Source of the DNA: Acidimicrobiia bacterium
Lineage (GTDB): Bacteria > Actinomycetota > Acidimicrobiia > Spongiisociales > Spongiisociaceae
DNA length: 64,000 bases
Reading direction: 5' to 3'
Assembly (NCBI GenBank): GCA_041576165.1
Contig: JBFGLM010000026.1
Span: 1-64,000 of the forward strand
The notes under the pieces: generated by a model
Seen by the model: the letters and a program-made list of their open reading frames with translations, nothing else
Told to the model about the DNA's origin: nothing
The model's database searches: none
Shown here: positions 1 through 9,962 of the stretch, in pieces
Layout: each line of letters opens with the position of its first letter
Position numbering within the stretch: position 1 is the stretch's first letter
Position numbers and translations under genes: made by a program

Positions 1-3000
1 CCCACCGAAGTCATATGACCCGTCGGCCGCGGTCACCTGCGACGCCACCACCACATCGTCCCCGGTCCCCAACAAACCATCCACACCCGGACCGATCAAA
101 TCCACCGTCACCCCCGCCAGGCCCTCACCAGGATCCGCCACCCCGTCCCCGTCGACGTCCTCGAATACCAGGCCTCCGATCGACGATTGCGCGTACGCTC
201 CGGCGTCCACCGTCACCTCGGCCTCGGACGAGCTGAGGAAGAAGGTGTGGCTGCGACCGGTGGCCACCACGGCGTCGGAGTCGCGGGCGTCATCGCCACC
301 CTGGTTGGCCGGCGAGAGCGAGTAGCCGCCACCCGGGACGGTCGATAGATCGAATAGCGCGTAATAGAAGCCCGGGTCGAGGTTGGAGAACCCGTACGAC
401 CCAGCGGCGTCCGTGACTGTCACTGCGGTGGTGTCATCGGGTGTGAGGAACACTCCGTCTGGCCCGGCGCCGACCAGTGTCACGGTCACGCCGGCCAGCC
501 CGGGTTCGCCGCCATCCTGAACACCGTCGGCATCCAGGTCGTCCCACACCAGATCACCCACGGCGGCGGGAAGGTACATGCCGGCGTCACGGGTCGGATC
601 GGAGCCGGAGCTGTTGACTGTGAACACGGCAGTGCGTCCTGTGGCCACGTCCGGGTCGGAGTCGACGGTGTCGTCGCCACCCGCATCTTGCCTGGAGAAG
701 CGGTAACCGGCGGCAAGTACGTACTCGACCATGTAGTCACCAGGCGGCACGGTGAAGTTGTAGGAGCCGTCCGCCGCCGTCATCGTGGTGGCAATCTGCG
801 CCCCGGCGCCGTCGAGCAGGTTGACGGTCACTCCGCCGAGACCGGACTCGCCGCCGTCCTGCAGCCCGTTGCCGTTGGTGTCCGCCCAGACGCGATCCCC
901 GACGACCCTCGGCACAACTCCGGCGTCCCAGGTGTCGGCGTCGTCGCCGCTGGCCACGTTGATGGTGATGGTGCGTCCGGTTCCGGGATCGGCGTCGGAA
1001 TCGAGCGAATCATCTCCGCCGGCGTCTTGCGCGGTGAAGGCATAGGCGCCGGCGACGAACTCGGCGACGTAGCCGCCCGGCGCCAGGCCGGCGAATTCGT
1101 AGCTGCCGGCCGGATCGGGACCACTGCCGTCGGCAGTCACGGTCGACGCCAGCAAGGTCACGCCAGCCGAGTCATACAGGTTGACCGTCATTCCGACGAG
1201 TCCGGGTTCGCCGACGTCCTGGACGCCGTCGGTGTCGAGGTCGACCCACACGATATCGCCGATGCGGGCGAGGCTGGCGAGCCCGGCGTCCCAGGTGTCG
1301 GCGTCGTCGCCGCTGGTCAGATTGATCACGTCGGTTCGTCCCGTGATGAGGTCGGCGTCAGAATCGATGGTGTCATCCGCGCCGGCATCTTGTCCCGTGA
1401 AGGACAACGCCCCCGGAACGAACTCGACTACGTAACCGGCGGGGGCCAGGCCCGTGAACTCGTAGAAGCCGGCCGGATCCGGACCAGTACCGTCGGCAGT
1501 CACGGTGGAGGCAAGCAACGTCAGGCCGGTCGAGTCGTAGAGATTGACGGTGAGGCTGCCAACACCCGGCTCGCCGGGATCTTGCAGCCCGTCACCGTCG
1601 GTGTCTTGCCAGACGAAGTCCGCGATACGGGCCGGCTGGTAGTAGCCGAAGTCGGCGTCGACGAAGGAGTCTGCCGGCGCCAACGTGACGATCAACGGCT
1701 CCCCAGCGGTCGAAAGCACATACGCGGCCGGGTCCTCCACATCGACCTCGAAATCGCCGGCCGGCAGATCACCCCATGAGTACGCCCCCACGCCCGACGT
1801 GACCACGGTCGGATAGATGAAATCGTCGCCCGTTCCCAGGATGCCGTCGGGCCCGGACCAGGTCAGCTGCACCGTGATCGCTGCCATACCGGGCTCGCCC
1901 CCGTCGACCGTCGCATCTCCGTTGAGGTCCTCCCACAGGAGGTCGCCAATGGATCCGCTGCCGCGATACCCGAAGTCGGCGGTGTCATAGTTGGTTCCCC
2001 CGGCTACCACGACATCGAGAGGCTCGTTAGCGGTGGTCGAGACGTCGAACCCGGCCGGAAGGGTGGTCTCGTCCACATCGACCCGGAATGTGCCCGGTGA
2101 CAGGCCGGCGAACAGGTAAGCGCCGGTTGCGTCGGTGACGGCGGGTCCGATGACGACATCATCGGCCGTGCCGAGCACGAGATCCGGTCCCAGGTCCGTC
2201 AGATTCACCGTGACGCCTGCCAGAGGAGGCTCACCTGGGTCGATCACGCCGTCGCCGTTCAGGTCATACCAGGTGAGATCCCCGATCGACGATGCCACGA
2301 TGTCGGAAACCGAAGCGACCGAAGGCACTGATTGCTGGTCACTGGTGACCTCCGCCACGTTGTCGACCACCGACGTCGCCGCCGGGTCGTCGATGATCGC
2401 CTGCCACGTCACGATCATCGTCTCGCCCGGGAAGAGGTCGTACCCGTCGGCGGGTACGACCAGGCCGGCCGGATCATTGCCGCTGAAGTTCTGGACCGTG
2501 CGGTCGGCGGCGACCACCTCGACATCGTCGACGAACCAGTGCTTCGACGCATCGTGCTTCCTGCCGTTGGTCACCAAGCGGATGGTGGTGTCGGCGTCCA
2601 GATATGCCGGAGGGACGACCACATTGACTCTGACATATGAAGAGTCGGTGACCTCACCAGCGCCTCCTACCAACGTCGCGAGGGTGGTTGTCCCCGCAGC
2701 AGCGGTCGACACCTGCAGGTACAGCTCCTGATCCTGGATGCGCTCCCGCCGGTAGGAGAAGGTCAGACCGGCCTGGGTGTAGCCAGACAGGTCGAGCACC
2801 CGCTCGATACCGTCGTTCTTGTCGGCAATCCGGACCGAATTCGCCGGGAAGGCGCCGTCAACCTGGACATTCACGTCCCCGGCGGCGGCACTACCGTCGT
2901 CGGAGATCTCGGTCCAGGCCGTCGGCCACAGGTCCGGGCCATCACTGCCCGCATACCCGACCGCATTGAACTGATCCTGGAAGGTGGCGGCCGATCCCAC

Positions 3001-6000
3001 GGGAGTCGAAACTTGAGTTGACCCCGGGACCGCTGAGGCGCCGGCGGGCACCGGATCGCTCACCGCAACGCCGGTATGCGTAGTGGCGCCGGTGTTGGTC
3101 GCCGTGATCGTGTAGGTAACGGTCGTGCCGGGGTCCACTGGATCCGGCGCATCGGAGGTCTTGCCGATCACCAGATCGGTGGGGATATACCAACCGAAGT
3201 CGTTCCCGGCGTCAGTGAGGCCGAATGCACTCCCGAAATCTGCCGGATGCTCGAACGGGGTGGTCGCCACCGCCCCGGCGGGCAATGTGGCCGGATCGAC
3301 CTCGACCACATACCGGCCGGTCCCGTAGACATCGAAGCGGTACGTCCCATCCGCGGGAGTTATTGCCGCATCGATCAGCAGGTCCCCGGCCGTGACCGTC
3401 CCGCTGCCATCCTCATCCGAATACAAACGAACGGTCGCACCCGGGGTGGCAAGGTCCACGGTGCCCAGCACGCCGTTGGCATCCCGGTCGTTGAACGCGG
3501 TGCCGGTCACGGTGTTGGGCACGGCGTTGACGCTGCATTCGATGGCCTCGTAGTCACCAAACAGCAGCAGACGGCTGTTCCCGGCCACGCCGGTGGACTT
3601 GTCGATGTCCCAGAAGTAGGGCGTAACCCCCGTCGTGCCACGCAGGCGCCCGACGGGATCAATGGTGAGTCCCTCCATGTCGTTGGCGGCGCTGAGCGGG
3701 CCAACATCGGTGGCAAACCCGGTGGCCGTGTCGACGATCACGAGTCGGTCGGGTTCGCCGCCGCCATTGGCAGTCGCATACAGGGTGCGGGTGATCGGAT
3801 CCCAGGCCAGATCATCGATGTCATCGAAGCCGGACCCGAGACCCTCATCGGTCCGAATCTGGGACAGGTCGATGGTGCCAATCACGGTGGCAGCGCCAGT
3901 GACGATGTCGATCGTGACCAGGCGGTCGTCGCCGCCGTCGCGCTCGGACCCCCACATCGTTCCGGTCAGCGCGTCGTAGGCCAGCCCGTCGACGTCGGTG
4001 ACGGTCCCCCCGAACGATCCGATCGCGCTGAATTCGCCGGTTGTGAGGTCGATGGTGCCGAAGGTCCCTGCGTTGGCTGCGTACAGCACGCCTGCCACGG
4101 GGTCATATGCAATCGCTTCGATGGCGCTGGTGCCGGTGCCGTCGTTCGGGGAGGCACCAGCGTCGATGACGGTTTCCGTCCCGGCCAGGAGGTCGTAGAC
4201 CGTCAGAACGTCGCCGCCGCTGGTGTGGGGCGAGCCGTTGTCCGCCACCAAAAAGCAGATGCCGGCATACGGCGTAGCCACCAGGACGGCGTCCATGTCG
4301 TCCTCCGTCAGATCGCCGTTGCCGGGTACGGAGTCGGGATCGCCGTTGAGGACACCTGCCACCTCGGCCACATTGGTCATCTCCCCGGTGGCGTCCACCC
4401 GCGCCGTCAGGGTGAGCGTGGCCACGTTGTCAGGTGGGGCGGCCGCCAGGGTCGGGATCTGCCATGTTCCAGACCCACTGTCGTAGGCGCCGGCGGTGGC
4501 GGTGGCGCCCACCAACGATTGGCCGATGGGCAGCTGATCGGCGACCTGGATGCTGGTGGCACTTTCGGAACCGGCGTTGGTGAGTGTGACCGTGTAGACG
4601 ACCGTCTCGCCGACAGTGGGCGACGTGTTGTCAACGCTCTTGATGAGCTCGAGATCCGCGCCGGCCGACACATACACCGGAGCCGTGTCGACGGTCGTAT
4701 GCCCACGCCCGCTCGGGTACTGAACTTCGTTCCAAGCAGTGTCGAACGAGTTCGTGTATGTCTGCCCGGTAGGGATGGCGGCGTCGATGTGGGCATCGAA
4801 CGAGAGAACCGAAATGCCGCCCACGGGCACACTCCCGATGGGCCACGTGAGCGGTCCGGATCCGGAGCCGGCAGGGTCGCCGACGGAAACGGGCCCGCTG
4901 CCCGTATCGAGCGTGCTGGAACCGGGCACGTAGCTGAAGCCAGTCGGCAGCGTGTCGGTGATCGTGAAAGAGTCGGCCGAGGTGGAGCCGGTGTTCTGGA
5001 CGGTTATCGCGTAGGTGACATCACGATCGGGCACACTGGCTGACACGTTCGCCGCCTTCGACTGAACGATGTCCGCCAGAAGCTGGAGCTGGGTCACAAA
5101 CGCAGTTGTCAGCGGCGTCGTCTCGTTCGATGTGACCGTCGCGCGGTTCTGGAGGTACTCGGCGGTCACCGCACTGATGTCGACGGTCAAGGTGTACTCC
5201 AAGACGGCACCTGGGCTGAGCGAGGGAACGGTGGGCCAGATCACCATTCCCCCGCTCTCCGTGCCACCGTTGCTGGCGGACACGAACGTTGTGCCGACCG
5301 GCATCTGGTCGGTGATCTGCAAGTTGGTCAGCGGCTGGTTGCCGCCGTTTACGAATCTGATCGTGTACGTGATCTGCGGCGTGGTGGCTGGGTCGGCCAC
5401 GTTGGGTCCATTCTTCTCCAGCGCCAAGCAGGTGTACCCGGGAGTCGGCACCGGCAGGTGGTACCGCCATGGGTTGTCCTTGCCGCTGTCCACGCCGGCT
5501 GCGTCTCCCCCGAAGACCTCCGAATCCAGGATCGAGCAATCGCCGGGCGTGCCGCCCGTGATCCGCAGTCGCACCTTCACGTGCTCGATTTCGCCCACCT
5601 CGAGCGCGCCCACCGCCCAACGAATCGCGTTCGTGTTGGCCGGCAGCGGGTTCGACTCGTCCACGTTCCGTCCGTAGATGGCGGCATCCGCCACCGGATC
5701 GAGCGGCCGCCACCCGGACGTGTCGGTAGGAGTACCCGGGCCCCCGGGGGGCGACGGATCCCAGGCCTGGTTGGAGCCGATGTACGAACCCGGGTAGGCG
5801 ATGCGCTGCCACGGCCCGACGTTGCCGGTGTAGTCGGCTTCGTAGTGGCTTTCGGGCCCGGCGACCGGCGAGCCGACGAGATGGGGCGTGTTTCCCCGTC
5901 CCGACGCGATGACGTTGTTGAGGTAGCCGATGGGGGCGGACCCGGGTCCAGGGACCGCAGAAGACCCGAACGCGTTGGTCATGTTTGCGTCCCACAGGTT

Positions 6001-6726
6001 GTGGGTGCGACACTCGGTTGCCCCAACGATGGGCCTCAGCTGATTGCAGCCGGTGGGCGTCACCAAGTAGCCGTTGTCGAGTTTGGCCACCTGCTGGTCA
6101 GGATCGGTGCCGTCGCCATCGGTGGTCTCTACGAACTTCGCCGTGCGAGGATCAGTCGAGTAGAAGATTCCGACATCGCCGTAGACCTGGCCGAGCGACC
6201 CGGGGGGTACCGTGCTGAACGGCACCGTGATCGGTGACCCCGTTCCATTGTCGGGCGTGCCGGGCGGGATGGTCGCATCGTTGAAACCGGGGTTGCCCTG
6301 AATTCCGAAGCCGTCGTCGATAGCGGCCGGGGCCTCCGGGATCGTCGTCACAAAGTCCCCGGACCCGTCCGGCACAACGAAGGACGTGCCGACGACTTCC
6401 ATGTCGGGCGGAACATAGAACGTGACCCAGCCATTGGGCCCTGTGTTGGCGCCGTTGGGAACCGGCGTGAAGCGGATGATCGCCTCCACAATGTCACCCA
6501 CCTGGAACCCGGGACTGCCCGACGCGGCCCGGTCGATCAGCAGCTGCTGGGTGTCGGGCGACAGATTCACCGACATGTCGATCTGTCCGACGGAGTGAGC
6601 CAGCGCCGCCTGCTGGGCCGGAGGGAGGAGCGGAATCGACTGTACGGCGAGGAAGATGAAGGCGTAGAACGCGATGAGGGCGCGCCGCACGCGTCCCAAC
6701 CTCTGATCGGTTCTAGGTCGTAACAT
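1..6726 (-). CDS. Giant secreted/surface protein with DUF11 Ig-like domains, a beta-propeller and tandem SdrD B-like repeats; runs off the left edge (at least 2242 aa)
   Basis: Own translation; missing from the ORF track because there is no stop in the window. ATG at 6726 gives MLRPRTDQRLGRVRRALIAFYAFIFLAVQSIPLLPPAQQAALA (signal peptide). Then DUF11-like ADLELIKSVDNTSPTVGETVVYTVTLTNAG, propeller repeats (IEAIAYDP, VDGLAYDA, IDDLAWDP) and SdrD-B-like IGDxVWxDxDGDGxQDxGEPG...YxFxGLxPGxY. The frame is still open at position 1 (GSYDFGG). Confidence 0.9.
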   Translation of the reverse strand, partial: MLRPRTDQRLGRVRRALIAFYAFIFLAVQSIPLLPPAQQAALAHSVGQIDMSVNLSPDTQQLLIDRAASGSPGFQVGDIVEAIIRFTPVPNGANTGPNGWVTFYVPPDMEVVGTSFVVPDGSGDFVTTIPEAPAAIDDGFGIQGNPGFNDATIPPGTPDNGTGSPITVPFSTVPPGSLGQVYGDVGIFYSTDPRTAKFVETTDGDGTDPDQQVAKLDNGYLVTPTGCNQLRPIVGATECRTHNLWDANMTNAFGSSAVPGPGSAPIGYLNNVIASGRGNTPHLVGSPVAGPESHYEADYTGNVGPWQRIAYPGSYIGSNQAWDPSPPGGPGTPTDTSGWRPLDPVADAAIYGRNVDESNPLPANTNAIRWAVGALEVGEIEHVKVRLRITGGTPGDCSILDSEVFGGDAAGVDSGKDNPWRYHLPVPTPGYTCLALEKNGPNVADPATTPQITYTIRFVNGGNQPLTNLQITDQMPVGTTFVSASNGGTESGGMVIWPTVPSLSPGAVLEYTLTVDISAVTAEYLQNRATVTSNETTPLTTAFVTQLQLLADIVQSKAANVSASVPDRDVTYAITVQNTGSTSADSFTITDTLPTGFSYVPGSSTLDTGSGPVSVGDPAGSGSGPLTWPIGSVPVGGISVLSFDAHIDAAIPTGQTYTNSFDTAWNEVQYPSGRGHTTVDTAPVYVSAGADLELIKSVDNTSPTVGETVVYTVTLTNAGSESATSIQVADQLPIGQSLVGATATAGAYDSGSGTWQIPTLAAAPPDNVATLTLTARVDATGEMTNVAEVAGVLNGDPDSVPGNGDLTEDDMDAVLVATPYAGICFLVADNGSPHTSGGDVLTVYDLLAGTETVIDAGASPNDGTGTSAIEAIAYDPVAGVLYAANAGTFGTIDLTTGEFSAIGSFGGTVTDVDGLAYDALTGTMWGSERDGGDDRLVTIDIVTGAATVIGTIDLSQIRTDEGLGSGFDDIDDLAWDPITRTLYATANGGGEPDRLVIVDTATGFATDVGPLSAANDMEGLTIDPVGRLRGTTGVTPYFWDIDKSTGVAGNSRLLLFGDYEAIECSVNAVPNTVTGTAFNDRDANGVLGTVDLATPGATVRLYSDEDGSGTVTAGDLLIDAAITPADGTYRFDVYGTGRYVVEVDPATLPAGAVATTPFEHPADFGSAFGLTDAGNDFGWYIPTDLVIGKTSDAPDPVDPGTTVTYTITATNTGATTHTGVAVSDPVPAGASAVPGSTQVSTPVGSAATFQDQFNAVGYAGSDGPDLWPTAWTEISDDGSAAAGDVNVQVDGAFPANSVRIADKNDGIERVLDLSGYTQAGLTFSYRRERIQDQELYLQVSTAAAGTTTLATLVGGAGEVTDSSYVRVNVVVPPAYLDADTTIRLVTNGRKHDASKHWFVDDVEVVAADRTVQNFSGNDPAGLVVPADGYDLFPGETMIVTWQAIIDDPAATSVVDNVAEVTSDQQSVPSVASVSDIVASSIGDLTWYDLNGDGVIDPGEPPLAGVTVNLTDLGPDLVLGTADDVVIGPAVTDATGAYLFAGLSPGTFRVDVDETTLPAGFDVSTTANEPLDVVVAGGTNYDTADFGYRGSGSIGDLLWEDLNGDATVDGGEPGMAAITVQLTWSGPDGILGTGDDFIYPTVVTSGVGAYSWGDLPAGDFEVDVEDPAAYVLSTAGEPLIVTLAPADSFVDADFGYYQPARIADFVWQDTDGDGLQDPGEPGVGSLTVNLYDSTGLTLLASTVTADGTGPDPAGFYEFTGLAPAGYVVEFVPGALSFTGQDAGADDTIDSDADLITGRTDVINLTSGDDADTWDAGLASLARIGDIVWVDLDTDGVQDVGEPGLVGMTVNLYDSAGVTLLASTVTADGSGPDPAGSYEFAGLAPGGYVAEFVAGAYAFTAQDAGGDDSLDSDADPGTGRTITINVASGDDADTWDAGVVPRVVGDRVWADTNGNGLQDGGESGLGGVTVNLLDGAGAQIATTMTAADGSYNFTVPPGDYMVEYVLAAGYRFSRQDAGGDDTVDSDPDVATGRTAVFTVNSSGSDPTRDAGMYLPAAVGDLVWDDLDADGVQDGGEPGLAGVTVTLVGAGPDGVFLTPDDTTAVTVTDAAGSYGFSNLDPGFYYALFDLSTVPGGGYSLSPANQGGDDARDSDAVVATGRSHTFFLSSSEAEVTVDAGAYAQSSIGGLVFEDVDGDGVADPGEGLAGVTVDLIGPGVDGLLGTGDDVVVASQVTAADGSYDFGG
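920..1316. repeat. Intragenic direct repeat between adjacent SdrD B-like units (period 363 nt = 121 aa)
   Basis: ccggcgtcccaggtgtcggcgtcgtcgccgctgg is identical at 920-953 and 1283-1316. Confidence 0.85.
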
Positions 6727-6788
6727 TCCTGGCCTTTGTGATCTGACCCGGCTGAGGGTCCCTACCCGGGATGCCGGTTCGCTGTTAC

Positions 6789-6815
6789 CTGTCGGCGTTC
6801 CGCAAGGCCCCTTTA
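6789..6815 (-). promoter_or_regulatory. Sigma-28 (FliA/WhiG-type) promoter for the giant surface protein gene
   Basis: Minus strand TAAA-N15-GCCGACAG versus consensus TAAA-N15-GCCGATAA, about 60 nt upstream of the ATG. Confidence 0.6.
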
Positions 6816-7027
6816 CAGAAGGCGGTTTTCACAGAGCTGCGTCCCACACACAGAACTTCGGCATTTGCGGAGGGTCACTCCGAGGCCAGATTTCCCGTAC
6901 ACGTTTGAGCTAGTGCCCCATCACCGGTCACGGGCTCCGCACGCGATGAGTCACGTGAGCGGTCGTGTGATCACGCGTGTGAGCAGTGCCTTGCTTTCGA
7001 GGAGCACGATCACCAGCCGGGACGAGT

Positions 7028-8044
7028 TCAGATCAGCTCGGTCGGATCGATGATCCAAACGTCTTCCTCGCCGAGCTCATCCTGGAGCGATCTGACGGTC
7101 CGCCCGACGTATTCCTCGGACCCGTCCCATACCGCGAGGGCCTCGTCGACGTGCTTGCGGACCCATCCGTCGCGGCGGCGATATGACCCGGCGATACGCT
7201 GCTTGGTGGCGGGCGTCTCCTTCTGCAAGGTGATGATCTCCGAGGCGTTGTCCTGCAGCCGCGAGAAGCGGCGTTTGCTCTCCGTCGGCCACGGATCGTC
7301 CTGGCCGGGATGAGCCAGCACGACCACATACGGGACACCAACAGCTTGGGCCGCTTCGGCGGCTAGCGTCTCGACTCCCAGGTTGAGCCCGGTGACGACG
7401 ACCAGATCGTCGTGCATCGCCGACTTGGCTGCGATCACTGCCTCGAGCCGCGCTCGCACTGCCGCGGCGAGCGGAGTCTCGCCGTAACCGCCCAGCTCGG
7501 GTGGCCGGTGGCCGACCACCAGCAGAGCGTGACCGGCTATCTGCTTTTGGGCAGGGGACCGCCGCGGCGTCGGCACGTCGGCCCGCCCGACATCGGCCGG
7601 GGGTTCCTCGCCGGACCGGCCTTCCTGACGGCTTGCCGCCTCGACTGCGAGCCGGTCGGCCAGGTCGTTCCACTCATCCCCGGCGTGGCCTCTGACCCAG
7701 GTGAACCCGAGTTTCCGCCTCTGATAATGGTCGATCAGAGGTTGCCAGAGATCGCGATTGGCAACCGGCTTTTTCTGACTGTTGCGCCAGCCCCGTTCCA
7801 ACCACCCTTCCCACCACCGATCGCGGAAGCAGTTCACGACGTAGGTGGAGTCGCTCATTATCTCGAGGTCGCCGTCAAGGGCCTCCGCTGCTTCTAGCAC
7901 CGCCCGCAGCTCCATTCGCTGGTTGGTGGTGTGAGGTTCTGCGCCCGAGGCGAAGCGCCCACCGGGTACGACCCATGCCCAGCCGCCCGGTCCGGGATTG
8001 CCGGAGCAGGCACCATCCGTATAGACCACGGTTGCGAGACTCAT
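7028..8044 (-). CDS. rnhA: Ribonuclease HI fused to a C-terminal YspA/DUF1273-like SLOG domain
   Basis: YTDGACSGNPGPGGW, TNQRMEL, SDSTYV, NRDLW and WVRGHAG..ND.AD motifs. C-terminal VVGHRP...TGLNLGVE..A...W...RD....AVWDG. Start moved to MSLATVV at 8044. Confidence 0.85.
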   Translation of the reverse strand: MSLATVVYTDGACSGNPGPGGWAWVVPGGRFASGAEPHTTNQRMELRAVLEAAEALDGDLEIMSDSTYVVNCFRDRWWEGWLERGWRNSQKKPVANRDLWQPLIDHYQRRKLGFTWVRGHAGDEWNDLADRLAVEAASRQEGRSGEEPPADVGRADVPTPRRSPAQKQIAGHALLVVGHRPPELGGYGETPLAAAVRARLEAVIAAKSAMHDDLVVVTGLNLGVETLAAEAAQAVGVPYVVVLAHPGQDDPWPTESKRRFSRLQDNASEIITLQKETPATKQRIAGSYRRRDGWVRKHVDEALAVWDGSEEYVGRTVRSLQDELGEEDVWIIDPTELI

Positions 8045-8292
8045 GCGCGCATGTTGGCAGACCGGGAGGTGCTTGTACGTGAACCAAACCCAACCGACCG
8101 AGCGTGGCAATGGATCTCGGGCAAGCCGGGCGACCAGCGCAGGCACGCCCCGACCGCAGCTGCAGGATCCTGCCGCCGGGTCAGTGGAGGATGGTTGCGT
8201 CCAAGGTGCGCACCAGGACGAGGGGCCTGAGCCGTTGGTGGACTGGAGCTCGGTCTGCCGCTCCGCCCGCGGTCGGCCAAAACCGAGCTGCG

Positions 8293-8868
8293 CTAGGTGC
8301 CGGGTTGACGCACGCCGTTCATCACGAACCCCATCACTCGCTCGACCAGCTCAGACCGATCGACCCGACCGTCCAGCCGGTACCAGCGCTCGAGCGTGTT
8401 GAGAATGGAGAGGATGAAGATGGTGGCGATGGCCGGGTCCAGGCCGTCCCGGAAGGTGCCGTCGGCGATGCCATCCTTCAGCACCGACCGGAACGCTGCC
8501 TCGTAGCGGTCCCGGGCCGCGATCACCTGCGAACGGTGATCTTCATCGAGGGACCGCGCCTCGTTGAGAAACGTTCTCACTTCGTCGCGATGGTCGAGCA
8601 CCACATGGATGTGCCCGCTGATCATGGACCGGAGGCGATCCGCCGGGCCCGCGTCCAGTTCGACCTGCGCAAGTGAACGGCGGAAGAGCCCGTCGCCGCG
8701 CCGCACCACTTCCACCAGCAGATCCTGCTTGGACCCGACGTGCGAGTAGAGCGACGAGCCGAGCAGGCCCAGCTCCCGCCCCAGGTCGCGCATGCTGGTT
8801 CCCTCGTATCCTTTCTCGGCAAACAGGCGGCCCGCCGCTGCGATCACATCGTCACGCGTTTTCTTCAT
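8293..8868 (-). CDS. paaR: TetR family regulator, PaaR-like
   Basis: AAGRLFAEKGYEGTSMRDLGRELGLLGSSLYSH HTH; ATGA overlap with the paaE stop. Symbol inferred from context. Confidence 0.8.
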   Translation of the reverse strand: MKKTRDDVIAAAGRLFAEKGYEGTSMRDLGRELGLLGSSLYSHVGSKQDLLVEVVRRGDGLFRRSLAQVELDAGPADRLRSMISGHIHVVLDHRDEVRTFLNEARSLDEDHRSQVIAARDRYEAAFRSVLKDGIADGTFRDGLDPAIATIFILSILNTLERWYRLDGRVDRSELVERVMGFVMNGVRQPGT

Positions 8869-9962
8869 GCCCGCCCGCCCGTCACGTCGTAATCGATCAC
8901 CAGGTTGTCGGTCAAAGGGTGGGACTGGCAGGTCAGGATGAGGCCCCCCTCCACCTCCTCGGCCAGCAGCGCGAAGTTTCGATCCATCCGCACCTCGCCC
9001 TCTACGACCCGGGCTTTGCAGGTGGCGCACACCCCGCCCTTGCACGCGAAGGGCAGCTCGCGCCGCACCTGCAGCGCATGGTCGAGGACGGGCGGGCCTT
9101 CCGGGTCCACCCTGACGACCGATTGACGCCCGTCGAGCGTGAACATCACAGTCGCGAACCCTTCGGTGTCCTGGTCATCGACCACCGGCAACTCCGGTAT
9201 CTCCTCGTCGAAGAACAACTCGTCATAGACGACGTCGTCCGGGACACCTCGAGCGGCCAGGAACGCCTGAGCGGTCCGCACCATGCCGTATGGGCCGCAC
9301 AGGTACCAGGCATCGATGGAGTCGGCCTCAATCAGGCTGCCGCACAGCGCATCCAGCTTGTCCGCATCGATGCGACCGTCGAAAAGCGGCACGATCTGCG
9401 GTTCCCGCGACAGAACATGGATCAGGTGGAAACGATCCGGATAGCGGTCCTTCAGGCCACCCAGTTCTTCCAGGAACATGATCGAAGAGGTTGTGCGGTT
9501 GCCAAACACCAGCGTGAAGCGGCTGGCCGGTTCGGCGCCCAGCGTGGAACTGATCAGCGACAGGACGGGGGTGATACCGCTGCCGGCTGCGACCGCCGCG
9601 TAATGGCGCCCGGCATCAGGCTCCGGCGTGATGGTGAACTCACCCACCGGCGGCATGACGTCCAGTATCTCGCCCGGTTGCAGCTTGGTGGTCGCCCAGC
9701 TCGAGAAGACGCCGTTGGGGATCTGCTTGACGCCGATGCGCAGCACCCCCTGGTTGGCGTCGGCGCAGATGCTGTAGGAGCGCCGCACATCCTCGCCGTC
9801 GATGAAGGCTCGCACGGTGACATGCTGGCCCGGCAGGTAGCGGAAGGTCGCCGCCAGATCGTCGGGGACATGGAAGGTGACGGCGACGGCTTCATCGGTC
9901 AGTTGCTCGATGTCGGCGACCTTCAAGGGGTGAAAGGCGGGGGCCTGCACCTCGACCATCAC
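8865..9962 (-). CDS. paaE: Phenylacetyl-CoA epoxidase reductase subunit
   Basis: RRSYSIC, AAGSGITP, C-terminal 2Fe-2S PFACKGGVCATC...LTCQ. Confidence 0.93.
   Translation of the reverse strand: MMVEVQAPAFHPLKVADIEQLTDEAVAVTFHVPDDLAATFRYLPGQHVTVRAFIDGEDVRRSYSICADANQGVLRIGVKQIPNGVFSSWATTKLQPGEILDVMPPVGEFTITPEPDAGRHYAAVAAGSGITPVLSLISSTLGAEPASRFTLVFGNRTTSSIMFLEELGGLKDRYPDRFHLIHVLSREPQIVPLFDGRIDADKLDALCGSLIEADSIDAWYLCGPYGMVRTAQAFLAARGVPDDVVYDELFFDEEIPELPVVDDQDTEGFATVMFTLDGRQSVVRVDPEGPPVLDHALQVRRELPFACKGGVCATCKARVVEGEVRMDRNFALLAEEVEGGLILTCQSHPLTDNLVIDYDVTGGRA

Noticed and set aside
688-6237. Long plus-strand ORFs (e.g. 688-1779, 3076-5043, 5458-6237)
   Set aside because: Antisense shadows of the giant minus-strand gene; Arg/Gly/Val-rich with no motifs, as expected in high-GC DNA.
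6835-6870. Possible c-di-GMP-I riboswitch (GCAAA...GGGACGCA on the minus strand)
   Set aside because: The GNRA-capped P2 stem and P3 could not be built, and it lies upstream of the proposed sigma-28 start.
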